In this document: positions 47,857 through 61,798 of the stretch, piece after piece | Position numbering within the stretch: position 1 is the first letter of the stretch | How the letters are laid out: each line of letters starts with the position of its first letter | From: Cycas panzhihuaensis | Lineage: Eukaryota > Plantae > Cycadophyta | Assembly (NCBI GenBank): GCA_023213395.1 | Contig: CM041465.1 | Span: forward strand, 28,155,741 to 28,219,740 | DNA length: 64,000 bases | Reading direction: 5' to 3' | Made by a program: the position numbers and the translations under genes | Notes under the pieces: generated by a model | Told to the model about the DNA's origin: nothing | Databases searched by the model: none | Seen by the model: the letters and a program-made list of their open reading frames with translations, nothing else

Positions 47857-50620
47857 TAGAGAACAAAAATGGTAATCAAATTATTATAGACTTGATTATA
47901 TAAATTAGGATCAAAGGATGAATGATTCATTCCATGCTTAAGAAGATGAGTATCAATCTTTGAATACTAAGCATAAGGTACATGCTTGAGTCCATATAAA
48001 GCTCTCTTGAGTTTATTAACTGAACGTTCTTTTCCAAGAATAGTATAGTTAGGAGATTGTCTCAAATAAACTTCTTTATAAAGTCTCCATTGAGAAAAGC
48101 ACTTTTGATATCCATCTGATAAATAGGCTATTTGAACCAAGCTACTAGTGATATCATTAAATGAATAGTTATCATGTTAACAAAAAGTATGAAGGTCTCA
48201 TCATAGTCAATACTTTCTTGGTATTTAAAACTTTTTACAACAAGATATGGTTTATCTCTTTGAATAGATTTATCTATATGATATTTTATTTGGTAAAGCC
48301 AATGATAATAAATTATCTTTCTTCTTGAAGGTAATTGAATGAGATCCAAAGTATTATTCTTTATAATAGAATCCATTTCTTCATCCATAGTAGTTTACCA
48401 CATTTAGTCTTTAACTACCTCCTCAAAGGTGGAAGGCTCAAAAGTAGTGAAAACTTGTGCTATTAGACCATAGTTAGTAATATGCCTACATATGGATTGC
48501 CTTTTCATAACTACAGGAGGTGAAGATACATCTACCATAAGTTGCAAGTACCACTTAGAAAGTTTCTTAATGGCTTTAACTTATATATTTTTTGGAGACA
48601 AAGATGGTAATGTAGATGTTGATGTAGAAGTAGATGGAGATGTAGGAGTAGATGATAAATTTGGAGTGCATGAAGTTAAAGGAGTAGAAGGGTCCACAAT
48701 TAGTATAGGATCTTTTGAAACATCATCATTATCATTTATAAAAAATTATATTTTAGAGGGGTCCAAGTCCCAATTATATTCTATAAAGATAGCATCCCTT
48801 GATGAATATGCCTATCATCTAATAGGATCATACACCTTATAAGCTTTCCAATTAGGTATGTAGCCTATGAGGGTGTACTTTATGCTTTTATCATTAAGTT
48901 TCTTTCACTTTTCTTTGTTAATGTATATGTAAGTTATATATATAAAAGTTCTAAGGTACGAGGCTCTAGGCTTCTATCCTAACCACGCCTCTTTAGGTGT
49001 TATATTTCTAATAGATGAAATTGGGATACTATTTATAAGCTAAGTCATTGTAGCAATAGATTTAGCCCAAAATGAGTTAACAATGTTTGTAGTATTAGCC
49101 ATTATTTTTGCCTTATTTACTAATGTCTAATTTATTTACTCAGTAACACCATTTTGGTGAGGAATACTAAGAGCTGAGAACTGATGTTTGATGACATTCT
49201 CTTTGCAAAAATTAGTGAATTGATTTGATATGTATTCACCTCAATTATTAGTATAAAGCTTCTTTATTATAGTGTTAGTTTCATTTTCAGCTTGAACTTT
49301 AAATTCCTTAAATTTGTTAATGGCTTTAAACTTGTTCTTCAAAGAGTAAACCTAAACTTTTTGAAAAAAATCATCAATAAATATGATGAAATATAAACTT
49401 CCATTTCAATAAGGCTTAGATATAGATTCATAGATATCTAAGTAAACTAAATCCAATGGTTTGATTGATCACTAAGCTCTTTTTGAATTAAATAGTTCCC
49501 TATGTTGTTTTCCAATAATATAAGCTTCACAAAAACTTTTACATTGTTTGATGTTGGGTAGTCCATATCCCATCTAAAGTCTAAACATAAGGTTAAGACT
49601 CTACATATTTAGATGTCTAATGTGTTGATGCCATAATTGATCCTAGGTATACTTATAAGTAGTTTACTCATTATTATATGAAGATTCAACTTGTATATGA
49701 GAAGATTTAGCTTACATGTCAAGAGGTGGATCTTCTACAACAATTTAATTTCCTTTATCTATCAAAGTAGGATATATAATAGTACTTAAATTTTGATTTT
49801 ATGTAAAGGAAAGTGGAAAACCATCAATCTTATATAGACCATTATCATCATGTCCTATAGCCACTACTCGTCTAGTTAAATGATCTAAAATAGTGCAAGT
49901 TCTTTAGTTGAAGAGTACATTAATGTTTTTCTTATTAATTTAGCTAATAAAAATTAGGTTCTATTTTATACTTGGTACATACAAGACATTACTAATATGG
50001 TGACCTATGTTTAAATCACTCTAGGCTATGGGAGATTTCCCAATCCTATCTATATCATATATAACATCATTATCAAACATTACTATCTATGCCTAAATAG
50101 GTTTGGTATCTTTTAAAAGTTCTTCAATGTATGCCATATGATAAGTAGCACTAGAATCTAGTAACTAGGAGTTGTCTAAATGATTAGAAAAAAGAGCAAT
50201 ATAGAACAAGTTCTGGATATTGGCCTAGTTATTGGCCACATGGCCTCTTTGTTGTAAATTTATGTTATAGCCCTAATTTTGATTCCTTGGTTGATTTTGA
50301 TTCTATTGTTGCCTATTTTATTGACCACATCTATTATTGTGATGTTGGTACTAATCTTGATTCTAACCTCTTTATTGTCCATGGTTTTTTATAAAATATA
50401 TAGATTAGATTATCTTTTTCTATATTTAGTGATAATATGCCCAAGTTTTCTATAGTAGAGACAAGTAATATTCTATTTTCTCTATTGGTCTTTGGTCTAT
50501 TATAGTGGTTGATTCAAGTTCAAAGAACCAAATTATTGGGTAAAAGGTCATTGAATGGGTTGTTTCCTATCTTAATTTCTAGTTACAAATGTGGAAGCAA
50601 TGGTAGTAGAAGATGTTATT
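47857..50620 (-). mobile_element. Degenerate Ty1/copia fragment (zinc knuckle, AP, INT, RT N-terminus)
   Basis: RT ORF 48128-48388 (MDEEMDSIIKNNT..IDYDETF), QMDIKSAFLNGDF ~48085-48120, protease LLDSSATYHM ~50135-50165, knuckle CLYYRKLGHI ~50435-50465. Confidence 0.88.
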
Positions 50621-53619
50621 CCTTATCAATTTAAGATACCTTATTTCTTTAGTAGTAGTCCTTCTAGGGTATTAAAGTCTATGGTAGTAAAGTCATTTAA
50701 TAAACAAGACACAAAACTATTATACATGATAGGGAAGGCATTAACTACACTAAAAATAAGGTCATTTTTAGAAGGAAAAGCTCTAGGAGTGGTAAGTTAG
50801 TTCCTGGTGGCTTTAACTTCAATCATATATGAAGGAATGGAGCCAATGAAAGGTATGGAATGTAAGCATACTTTTAACATGATTACTCTTTAGTCATATT
50901 TTTGCTCATAAAGTAAATATATGATGTCTCATACCTCATGAGATGTATTTACTATTTTAATATTTTGGTCTATATTATCCTATATCTAATTACAAGAAGG
51001 ATAGAGAAAGATTATCTTTGACTCTAAAAGTAATAAGGGCAATAATATCTAGAGGGATCATGTTGTTTAGATCAGTTGGGTTAAGTGTAAGATCTAGTTT
51101 AGTTATGTCACTTAACACATAGGCCTAAAACTTATTTATGATTAATATATGTTTGACTTACTTCTTCTAAGCAAAAAAATGATTACTCCTAGATAGTTTA
51201 ATTATACTTGAAATAATTTTTGTTGCCATTATGTATTATCTACCTAAGGGCTATTAAACTAGAATGTTAAGTTTCAATGTCTTTAAGAAGTCCTTGGTTG
51301 TTATTCTGTTTAATAGTACCTTCCAATATATGGTAGTTCAAGGACTCTATATATATTAGTATATGAACAAAGAAGGCTTGGTCATCCCCTTGATGTTGTG
51401 AATCTATCTACACTAGATTTACCCTAAATGACAAATCTAGCAAAGGATTAAAACTAAGTCACTCATCTCCTTTAGGTCTAGCTTGATCTCTAAACACCAA
51501 AGGAAATAGGTTTTGTGCCTCAATCCATCATTTGATATACTTGATAACAAGCTATCCTTTAGCTTATTTGTCTAGATGAATACAACTCAAGTATATGAGA
51601 GTGATTAGTTTAGGGATCTTAATTATTTCCTTTATAGGATTAGTAGTCTTATAATTTAATTTAGAGTTATCTTCATTAATATTTCAAGTTTAAATTCCTT
51701 TTAGGTGGTATTTTTTAAGGCTGGAAGATGAATTTTTAATGAATTTGATAAAGGAGACAACTTAAAGCAACAAAATTAAATGAGTAAAGGATAAAGGAAG
51801 GGTGCATAGTTCTTAGTAAGGAAGGTGCCACTACTAAAAGCTAAAAAAATAGGCCTTCCCTAAATAAGAAATGCACATATATCAATAATGCACCACATAC
51901 TATTGGCAAAAATGAGTGAAGAATTCATGTAAAGTGATAAAAAATCACTTTATATTATCCTCTATTGAAAATCCCTTTAGAAAATTATAATAAAGCCTCT
52001 AATTAACCAAAAATAACTTTAAAAAACTTATTCTAAGGTGAAAGGGTTTAATTTAAATGAGAATATGCCCAAAATATACCAAATTATATATTCTAGAATT
52101 TGAATACTTTAGAAAATAAAAAAATAAATTGTACTATTTTAAGAAAAGAAATCAAATATGATTGGTAGATTTTTTATGCTTTAGAGAATGATATTTGATT
52201 AATGGAGTGATGAATTTAAGTGTCTTTTATTCCTATGCATCTACATCATCAAGAAGATCAAAATAAGTGGTCATATGCCAAGGTTTTATTGAATGATATT
52301 GCATTGGATATCAAAAGATATTGATCCTCCTTAACCTAATAAGACTATGATGCTGTATTTAATATCATAATTGAGCAAGGTATACTAGAAAATAAGGAGC
52401 ATAGGAGGAATAACCAGGTAAGGTATATGTCTAACCATGAGTGTAACTAAAATTAAGGGAAGGTGAGGACTATGGATCAAAATATTAGAGTAACTCATCA
52501 ATCTAAATCTTAAGTTACTCAAAATCATTACGTAGAATGATTAGGTCAAGCACTCCTATATTGTATCACCACTCAACCAATCCACCTTCGATGTGGCAGA
52601 ATTCACACATCAGGCCTTCCTAGAGCTAGGAGAACACTACATCAAATGGTTAAAATCTGATAACTAGCCTATAGTAAATGATGATTCTCTATATATTTTT
52701 TACTATATGTAAAACAAATTTATGAATATCCCCTTCGAGGGGTATAAGGTACTATACTCTGATGAGTTAAGCAATAAAACATACATAACCACTCTACTTA
52801 AATAGCTTATTGTTATGGAAGTGTGATCTAGGAGAGCTTCTTAGACATTAATTCTCTTAGTAGTGTGTCCATGTAGAGTGTTGACTTTAGGGAAGGTCAT
52901 CAGTCTACCTCTTAGAGAGTGAGAATTATCAACAACCACATAACACACTATCCAATCATAGGAAGGGGAATATATTTTTTGGAAATAGTAAATAACCCAA
53001 AAAGGTCCATATGACATGCTTCCATCATTCAAGAAACCATATTTATCTAGAGCATCTTTAACATAATCTTCCCACTTTAATCTGCTTTATAGGATCGATC
53101 ATACTATCTAGTAAGATGAGTATTTTATAGAAAAAATAAGAGAAACTAGCTCTAATATTAGATGATAAAATTAGAATTAATCTAACTAAGGAAAAATAAC
53201 CTTAATAGGAATTTTATACTCTTAATCAACATGTGATAAACTTATCAATATACAAAGCATTTTAAACCCATATTAAATAAACATAGGATATGAATGGAGG
53301 ATTAGAAATTGGATCTAATCCATAAGAATAGATAGATTAAATTGGCTGATGACTAATATAGAACTCTGGTAGAGTTTTGACTCTCACCAAAAACCTTCAT
53401 CTTATATGAGTGTAGACATGGTCTTAATTTATAAAAAGCTCAATATCTATTACTTTATAATAGGTATATATGGATTGGACCTCATATACTTTCACCTAAT
53501 TAGACTTCATATTACATAAGTCTCATTGGATGGTTATGAGGCTTAAAGTGGGGTGATGACCCTAAACTAGGAATTATAATATTAAGTTATAACTTTAATT
53601 ACAATTGTACGTTATCAGA

Positions 53620-56524
53620 GTAAAGTGACTAAGTATACAAAAGAAAATGTGATGGATTCATTATATTTTAACACTTGGCCCAATAAGTTTTTAACATAAA
53701 ATTTTTATTTGTTATGCACTGAGCCATCTCTATTATTGTTCCATTCATTTTCTTAACTATTCCATTTAACTGAGTATAAGAATTAATAACTTGCCTTTGA
53801 ATTCCATTCAATATATAGAAATGATAAAAAACATTTAAAATATATTCTCCTCCTCTATTTGACTAGAGAATTTTGATTTTACACTCACTTTCTAACTCCC
53901 CATAGAATTTAAATTCTTTTAAAATATCTAACACTTCTAACTTACTAAAGAGAAAATATACTGAAGTTTTCCTAGTAAATTCATCAATAAAGGTATAAAA
54001 GTACTTAACACCATTAATAGAATTTGACATAATTGATTCACACTAATTTGTATGAATCAATTCTAATTTTATTTATCTCTCTTTGTGTTTTCTTGAAATG
54101 GAGTTATATATTATTTCCCAAACATACATCTTTATATATGAATGGATTAAAATACATATTAACAAGTTCATCTACTATATTTGATTTCTTTAATAATGTT
54201 AACCTCCTATTTGGAATGTGTTCGTACTTGAAATTCTATATTTCATTAATAGGGGTACTAATAGTATCAGATTTTATAGGAAGAGGTGGGATAGGAGTAG
54301 AGACTAACTTATAGAGTTTGTAAGTCTATATTGCCTCTACAAATACAACTTTGTTCTTTTTTATATCACAAATAAAACATTTTCTATCTTTGTCAAAAAT
54401 AATATGAAGTTTCTTTCTTCCTTAGTTGAGACACTAATAGTAGATTTTTCTTTAAACTTAGAACACATAAGATATTACTAAATTTTTAAACTTTATTATT
54501 GATTTTGATTGGAATTGTTCCCTTGCCTTTGATGTGTAAAAGAAAATTGTCACTAGGCTCAACTATTTTATCGAATAAATATAGTAGGAGTGTCTCAAAC
54601 TAGTCATCTCTCCTTAATGTATGTTTGGATGCACCAAAGTCTATGAAGCAGTCTTCTTTACTCTAAGTATATGTAGCCAAGGTTATGATAAAGGTGGTTT
54701 CTTCTTCTTCTTCTTTGGCCTATTTATTACTATAATTTCCTTCTACTCCTTTTCCTCTATAGATTTATTCTTACCTTTGAGGATAATGGTTAGGAAAATA
54801 TCCCATTCACCCATAATGATATCATGTTGGAGAGTTATAGAATATGTAATTATTAATAAGATGTTTATGTCTTCCATATTGATAGTAAATTCTAGAGTAT
54901 GATGATATAGACTTGCCTTGTGCCTCTAAGGATCTTCCTCTTACAAATCTTTCTTTCCCTCTTAAAATGTTTCTAGAGTATCCACTACTATCTAATTTCA
55001 ACTTACAAATGAAGGCTTCTTCAATTCCAACCTCCTCTTTATACCTCTTTATCCTTTGTTCCCATTGTAATATATGTCTAGTCAAAGTTTCAAAAGTCAT
55101 ATTAACAACATGTCCACCAATAGTAAGAGTAATTACCATAGTATTAAAGGAGTTTAGGATTTTATTAAGAATCAAGTAGATAATTTCTAAGTTAAACATA
55201 GTTTCTCCTATAGAGGTTAAATTGTCCTTGACTTCTACTATCTCGATGATGAAGTTTGTAATAGATTCTCCTTCCTTTAACTAGAGTTTTTATAGTTGTT
55301 ATCTAAGGGAGATTATACGTGCTTCATTCTTTTACCCTAGAGAGGGACCAAAATGTTTTAAGCACCAACATACATATCAGCTTTAATAATATTACCCAAT
55401 AGTAAATATCCTATAGACAACATGATAACAACATGAGCATTCATATCTCTTTCTTCCTAATTGATCAAATCTATTATATCCATTGGTTTGGTTTTCTTTT
55501 CAATAGCAATATTCCAAGTATTTTTGTGACTAGAAGACCCTTTATTTTTAATTTCTAGGTATAATAGTTTTGTCTTGTTAGTTTATTTGAATTATTGAGA
55601 GAATATACTGGGGCGATTTTGAAAATTTTGAAGAGTAATATGAGAAAATTTATTAGAGATAAAAAAAAAAAGGTAGAACCTAGCCATATAACTGTATAAT
55701 TATATAGAGTAGTGCAAAAAGGTATAATTATACTTTTTTTTTTTAATTAACTTAAAAAGAAGTTTGTAACATATTATACTTAGATCTAAATTTATTTTTT
55801 TATTGGACTTCTTATTTACTCAGAAACAACCTCGAAAGGTGTACGACTGGTTAGGGTTTCAAACAAAAAAGTACTTTTATCTTCATAAATTATTGATAAA
55901 ATCTAACAAGCTTATACTTAAATAAAAGATAATATCTAGATAAAGACTTTGACTTAGATTTCACCTACTAAAATGAAGAGAAAATAAAGTTTGAAGTCTT
56001 AAACCTATGCCCCTGTAAAATGATAATTTCCTATCAAATGAAGTAAAATTTAGAATAATTATTTAAAACAACAAGTTCTCCTCACCAAGAGGAATTTATT
56101 GGTGGACTTTCATTTAATTCTAAATATTTTAAATTTTTTTCATCCATATAGTTATGTATGATTCTGTACAAAAGTTGGTATGCATGTAATTAATGCATGA
56201 ATATTCCTTTCTCATGATTAACTTAGGTCTAACAAATCTTCTCATAATTTTTAGATAAAACTCAATAGTTCTCTCCCAAGTATTAATAAACTAACTCTAA
56301 TGCCATGTTAATACAATATAAATAGAAGAAATTTCTTTTTTATATTAATAAGGGAGAGGAATACTCTCATATAAATGCATAGATTATACATAAGTAGGCT
56401 TATGCATGTAAACCAAGTGTTAGGATAAAATTAAAGAGGGGTTGAGACATATAACCCTCAACTTAACTTTAGAAAGAGTCTAAGTTAAAAGGCTGCTATA
56501 AAATAAAATATTAATACTTTAATA
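53620..56524 (-). mobile_element. 5' half of a Ty1/copia (LTR 56306-56524, PBS, gag, AP, INT), same family as 6364-7994/14952-16423
   Basis: PBS TGGCATTAGAG 56295-56305, UBN2-type gag ORF 54822-55199, protease CFIDFGASKH ~54620-54652, integrase core ~53700-54050. Confidence 0.85.
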
Positions 56525-57271
56525 AATCCTTCCTTTACCTTCTGCCCCCAATCCCTCTAAGTTAAATGCATATTATATAAAACCTCCATGTCCATTCTTA
56601 TTAATAGTGGTACCTCATTGAATTTTATAAACATATCCCTTACTTAATAGCTAAATTTATATATTGTGCTAAAAATAGGCTTTATTTACTCTCTTCCAAG
56701 TCATTGAGCACTCCATTGTACAAGAATCATTAAAGACCTCCACATTTAAATAAAAACATAACATTTAGTCTCTAAGTTTTATGTTATTTCTATTAGTAGG
56801 TCAAATTCCATATTAAGAGTCTAATAGCTACAAACTCTAGGCACCTATAGTACGAATAATTCTCCTACTAATCCATTTATCCTTTTTAAAGACTAATTTG
56901 GTAAAACCCATAAGCTTTATGGTACTCCACCACCTCCTAGTCAAAAACACCATAAAACTAACCTTGGTCTCATAGCCCATATCAATAATATTGAAGTCTT
57001 CCCTTCTATATTCCCTAATAACCCACTTCATAATGTCCTCCTCACTTCTAGTTTTTACAAAATACCACCCACTACTTCCTAAAATCTTATCTAGACCCTT
57101 AAAAAATAATGAGCTATCACTAATACCCTAGATAATATCTAATCCAAGTATAATATCTTTTAATCCTTTGGTAAAAGGACTACTTCCAAAGTAGAGGCAC
57201 AAAATAGAAGTCAATAACAAAGTTGACTTATCATCTTCAACATTATCTTAACTTCAAGGACTTAACATCTT

Positions 57272-57626
57272 AGGGGAGGGGACATATTATATAGCTATCC
57301 TACTTACATAAGACTTATTAGTTAGCATATGTGACTAGTTATCATAATAGTTAATGCTAGTCTTTAACATATATATAGGCCATTTACTCTCACTAATGGT
57401 AGTCTTGTAGAGAGGTTATTCTTATCTATAAAAGGACCCATAAGAGTATAATATGGTTATCGAATATAAGTGATCTTATTTATTGGCATATTGCGTTACT
57501 ACTTTAATTCCCTTTGGCAATATTTGTCTATAACTAGTTCTCATTTAATAATAAATATTGTACCCTCCAAGCTACTTCTTATAGATTTTGTGATGATTGT
57601 TGGGACTAGTTCGTAGCTAGTTCACA
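57272..57626 (+). mobile_element. PPT plus 3' LTR of a chromovirus-like element
   Basis: CTTCAAGGACTTAACATCTTAGGGGAGGGGACA resembles chromovirus 3' ends elsewhere in the window. LTR starts at ~57285 and contains TATAAAAGG. Confidence 0.55.
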
Positions 57627-57885
57627 ACTTGAGGATAAGGCATGAACACAAGAGGAGAATACATAAACTCATATAATACACAAAAGTATCCAATGTTTAA
57701 AGACCAATGTAATTGACTAATAAATAAATAATATCTCAACATAGTGGTATTTATAGATTTAAAAGTGATATAGTATTTTTTAGAGAAGTCATAACCTTTC
57801 AACCATATACTTTCTAATTATTAAATAAAAGTTAATCATAATTAAGGTCATAACACTATATCACTAAATATCCCTTACCTATTAT

Positions 57886-58225
57886 TGTTAGAAAATAAGC
57901 ATATTATGCAAAATAATAGATTACAATATGGTGAGTGATTGATAAAATAATAAAGCACAAGAAAGATTAAGTATGTACAAGCTAATATTAGCAAATGAAA
58001 GAATGACTAAACCTCAAACTAGAATGAAGAATGATGTACATACTTATAGTACAACTCACCACTTATGAGAAAACCCTCATTGGTCAATACTATGGGTTGG
58101 CACATATTTCTATGTGGCACACAACTTAAGAAGACCTCAAATATAAAATATAAATAAATATAGAAAGTGTGTGAATGGGGACAGTTATGCAATTAGGTAT
58201 TATACACCCAATATTTTCTCCTTAT
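57886..58225 (-). mobile_element. Partial LTR homologous to 61076-61410
   Basis: Shares GAAAATAAGCATA...TAAAGCACAAGAAAGATTAAGTATG...GAATGAAGAATGATGTACATACTTATA. Confidence 0.8.
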
Positions 58226-59748
58226 AATAGACAATTACATAAAGTAAAATATCACATCAAAGATATAAAATTAAGTCTTCAAGTAAATGTTAGATCATAA
58301 GTTACTAAAATGATATAATTTACTGCTGATGTCCATATAAAGAGAACTCTATCCATTAGACCACATAGGTAACTAGCCACTATAATCACCAATTAGCTAG
58401 GACGTTCCTTCATTTATATGGTATAATTAGTGCCAAATCAGCTTCATCCTATGAACATGCCACTTACGTGGCTAAATAAGTAAGTTGATGAAGAAATGTG
58501 TAAGAGTAACTAAAAAAGGGTCCTACCTCTTGCCTATATGGGACAACACAAGCAACTTCTTCAGCTACAATAGCAAAAAATACATAGCCCTAAGTCCTTG
58601 CAAGGGCATAATGACCTCAACTTATCTTTATGGATTTAAAAAAACATATTACTATGGGTTATACCATGCTACTATAAACTTATAACATGTCATTATGGGC
58701 TTATAATAACATCTATGGACTAAAATATCCAATAATAGATGTCAACAAATAAATAAAAAATAGATGTGACTCAAATACAATGTAAATGACTCTCTTAAAT
58801 AATAAATTTTGATGATTTTTAAATAAACATCAGTTCTGTAGAGCCTAAAATAAGCCTATATAATAAATAGTACATGTTACCCCCCATTTGGGGTGAATTA
58901 TATCAATAAAATGTACAATAAATAATATGGAACCTTGAAAATTACATGTATGTACCTAAAAATATTTAAAAAATGAAGAAAAGTAAAGTTTTAAGAAAAA
59001 CCTTTTTAACTTCAAGCTTAAATATTTGCATCATATCAACTTTGAATATGGTTAAGTGACCTATCAAATTGAAGATCTCTTAATTACAAGTCTAACACAA
59101 TTGATAGAACTAAAAATGGAGTATGCATACTCAAGTTATTGTTAAAAGACTGATAATGACTCTTAAAAAAGTAAAAAATAGGAGCTTAGCCCCTTTTGCC
59201 ATCAAGTGGGTGGTCATGTAGAGCTCCATATAACTAAGGGCTAAATGGTTTAAGAGGCTACATACTTGAAATTTTATAATATATAATTTATTTTATTTTT
59301 AAAAATGTAAACATATAAAAATCTTTCATATACTTTTTGAAATATGTCCATACGCCAAAAAAAAAAATTAAAAAAAAAAATTGTATTTATAAATCTCTTT
59401 GTCTGCAAAAATATATGAAAAAATATTAAAAAGGAATTAGGTTTTCGCTGCCATTTTATTTTATTTGTATTATAGGTCAGAAATGGCAATGACAATAGTA
59501 CAATTACATTTTGATTATCCTCTAGATTATATTGATGGTGGTTGTAGGGGTGACGTGATGATGATAAGGAGGATGTAAGTTGGTGTAGTGAGGAGGACGA
59601 TAAGTAGAGGCATTTGACAGACTAACAACACATATATTTATAAGTCTTTCCTACCATCTTCCAAAGCAAGAAGAAATTACAAAGGTGAGGATACCTAGTA
59701 GATAATCTCTCTTTTTTCATTAATTTTGTAGGGTCGCCAAGAACATAA

Positions 59749-59931
59749 TATGGAATGGTTCTTCTAAAAATAATTGATGATAGATATGATAGACTCGACC
59801 AAGGAAATAATAGACTTAGTCAAGGAGTCATAAAGATAATGGATGATAGGCTCTTCATGGTTTCTCTACATGAGGTCACATATATTTTTAATGTGGCCAC
59901 ACTATGTGTAGAAGAATAAAATGTGAAAGAC
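59749..59931 (+). pseudogene. Fragment of a BAM/CLAVATA1-like LRR receptor kinase C-terminal kinase domain
   Basis: One frame reads YGMVLLKII...SQGVIKIMDDRLFMVSLHEVTYIFNVATLCVEE*NVK. This matches from memory the BAM-type pattern FGVVLLELI...GV.KILD.RL..VPLHEV.HVFYVAMLCVEEQ.VERP. Confidence 0.75.
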
Positions 59932-61075
59932 TAAGGCAGTACTGATTTAGAAGCACCACTATCCTCCACATCATATTGATTATGATGTATTGCAAAAATA
60001 AATTTTAGTAAGCATGCCAACTTTTAGCCTAAGAAGCCACAATCAAGGGTAATCTATCAATGGAATGGTGAGGGACAAGCTAGTGTACGAAAATTGCTAG
60101 CCATTCTAAATGGTATCCCCGAAGATAATAGTTCCCATATGGCCAAATCATATCTCCCTTTAAAAGTAACAATTTGGGAATGAAGAGGATGAAAAATGGG
60201 AGTATTTGCATACAATATATTTGTTTTTGCAACTATATTCATCTATTTTCCTCATCCTTTTTTTTTCAATAGCATATATATATATATATATAAATATTTT
60301 TCAACAACTATAACATATACTTTGGCAGAATATATGTCTTCAATCAACCATAACAAAACCTTCTTCGTTTTTTTTTTGTATGATTCTAATAATAGATTTG
60401 ATGCATTTAACTCCCTCTTATTGATAGCATATTTGTTATATATGTAGGATGATAATTCTTGAATTTAAAGCTCTTTTATAATATTTTTTAGTTTAAATAA
60501 TAGGCTTTAAATATATGTTTTTGTAGCCCTTGAATCAGAACCTACATGTTATAAAAATTAGTCCATATGCAATAAAGAGAATTGGTCACAAGAAACTCTT
60601 TTAACAAATTTAAAAAAGCCTTCATTTCTACCATAACAAAAATCTTTTGGCATATTTTTGTAGCTTCATAATAGCCTTTGAACTTGTCTAAAAGTAGGCT
60701 TCAAATAACATTTTTAGTAGTCCTAAATAGGCTTTAAGATAGCCTTAGACAACATCACACAAACTACCATTTTAACATCTTTGATCAAGCTTCAAAATAA
60801 CTTCACAACAACATCAAAATAGCCCCTTAAAAATTAAAAATCAGTGATGAAAATAGCCTTAAATACTTTAAAAATATAGTAATGATAAAATCCCTTAAAA
60901 TGTACATAAAATATAGTAAATTTTACTTCAAATATCTTAAAAATGATTAATAAATAAGTCACTAATTAAGCATAATAATAGGTTCCTAAAATAACTTGAC
61001 AATGCTAAAAGGAATTTTAAAAAATATATTCTAAAATATTACCTTCCAAGATTCAAACTTTGGGCTCTAATGCCA

Positions 61076-61790
61076 TCTTGGAAAATAAGCATAATATAGA
61101 AAATAATAGATGAAAATATAGTGAGTGAATAATAAAATAATAAAGCACAAGAAAGATTAAGTATGTATAAGTTAACACAAATAAATAGAAGAATGGATAA
61201 ACCTTAAATTAGAATGAAGAATGATGTACATACTTATAATACAACTCACCACTTGTGAGATAACCCTTATTAGTCAATGTTATGGGCTGGTATATATTTC
61301 TATGTGGTACATAACTTAAGAAGATCTCAAATATGAAATACAAATAAATATAGAGAGAGCATAAATGAGGACAATTATAGAAGTGGGTATTACACCCAAC
61401 ATTTATCACTTCCATATTACTGTAGGAATGAGTGGATAGGAGTAGGAGACATGTCATAAAGCACATGTGAGAAGACTACACAAGAAATGAAAATATGACA
61501 AATGACTCACAACTCTCTAAATCTCATTAAGAAAATATGCAAGGTACAAATACATATTTATAACTTTACACTATGTCTAAGCATAAGAGGTGGTTCAACA
61601 ACTCCTATGATTTTTGGTGTGCTCAAACTACCTCATTAATAGTTTGAACATCTTTGACTTCTAGAAACTTTGACTAAGAATTTTCTCTCACTAGAATATT
61701 CTCATTAAGAATATTCTATGTGAGCAATTATTCTAATAAAATGAAATGAATTTAAATGGACATGTAATAGGAATGTATATTATTCCAACA
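61076..61790 (-). mobile_element. Copia LTR flanked by both a PPT (61791-61798) and a PBS (61064-61075)
   Basis: Minus strand: TGGGAGGG|TGTTGGAA...TTCCAAGA|TGGCATTAGAGC. TATA box ~61554-61563. Confidence 0.85.
61657..61720 (-). promoter_or_regulatory. Cluster of heat-shock-element-like motifs in the LTR U3
   Basis: TTCTAGAA, GAATTTTC and two GAATATTC motifs within ~60 bp, ~100-160 bp upstream of the TATA box. Confidence 0.5.
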
Positions 61791-61798
61791 CCCTCCCA

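Noticed and set aside
50800-53600. LINE zf-RVT-like peptide (WKVLLNRITTKDFL, ~51280-51330) and other TE fragments
   Set aside because: A single short motif without the cysteine cluster or an adjacent RT; too decayed to assign.
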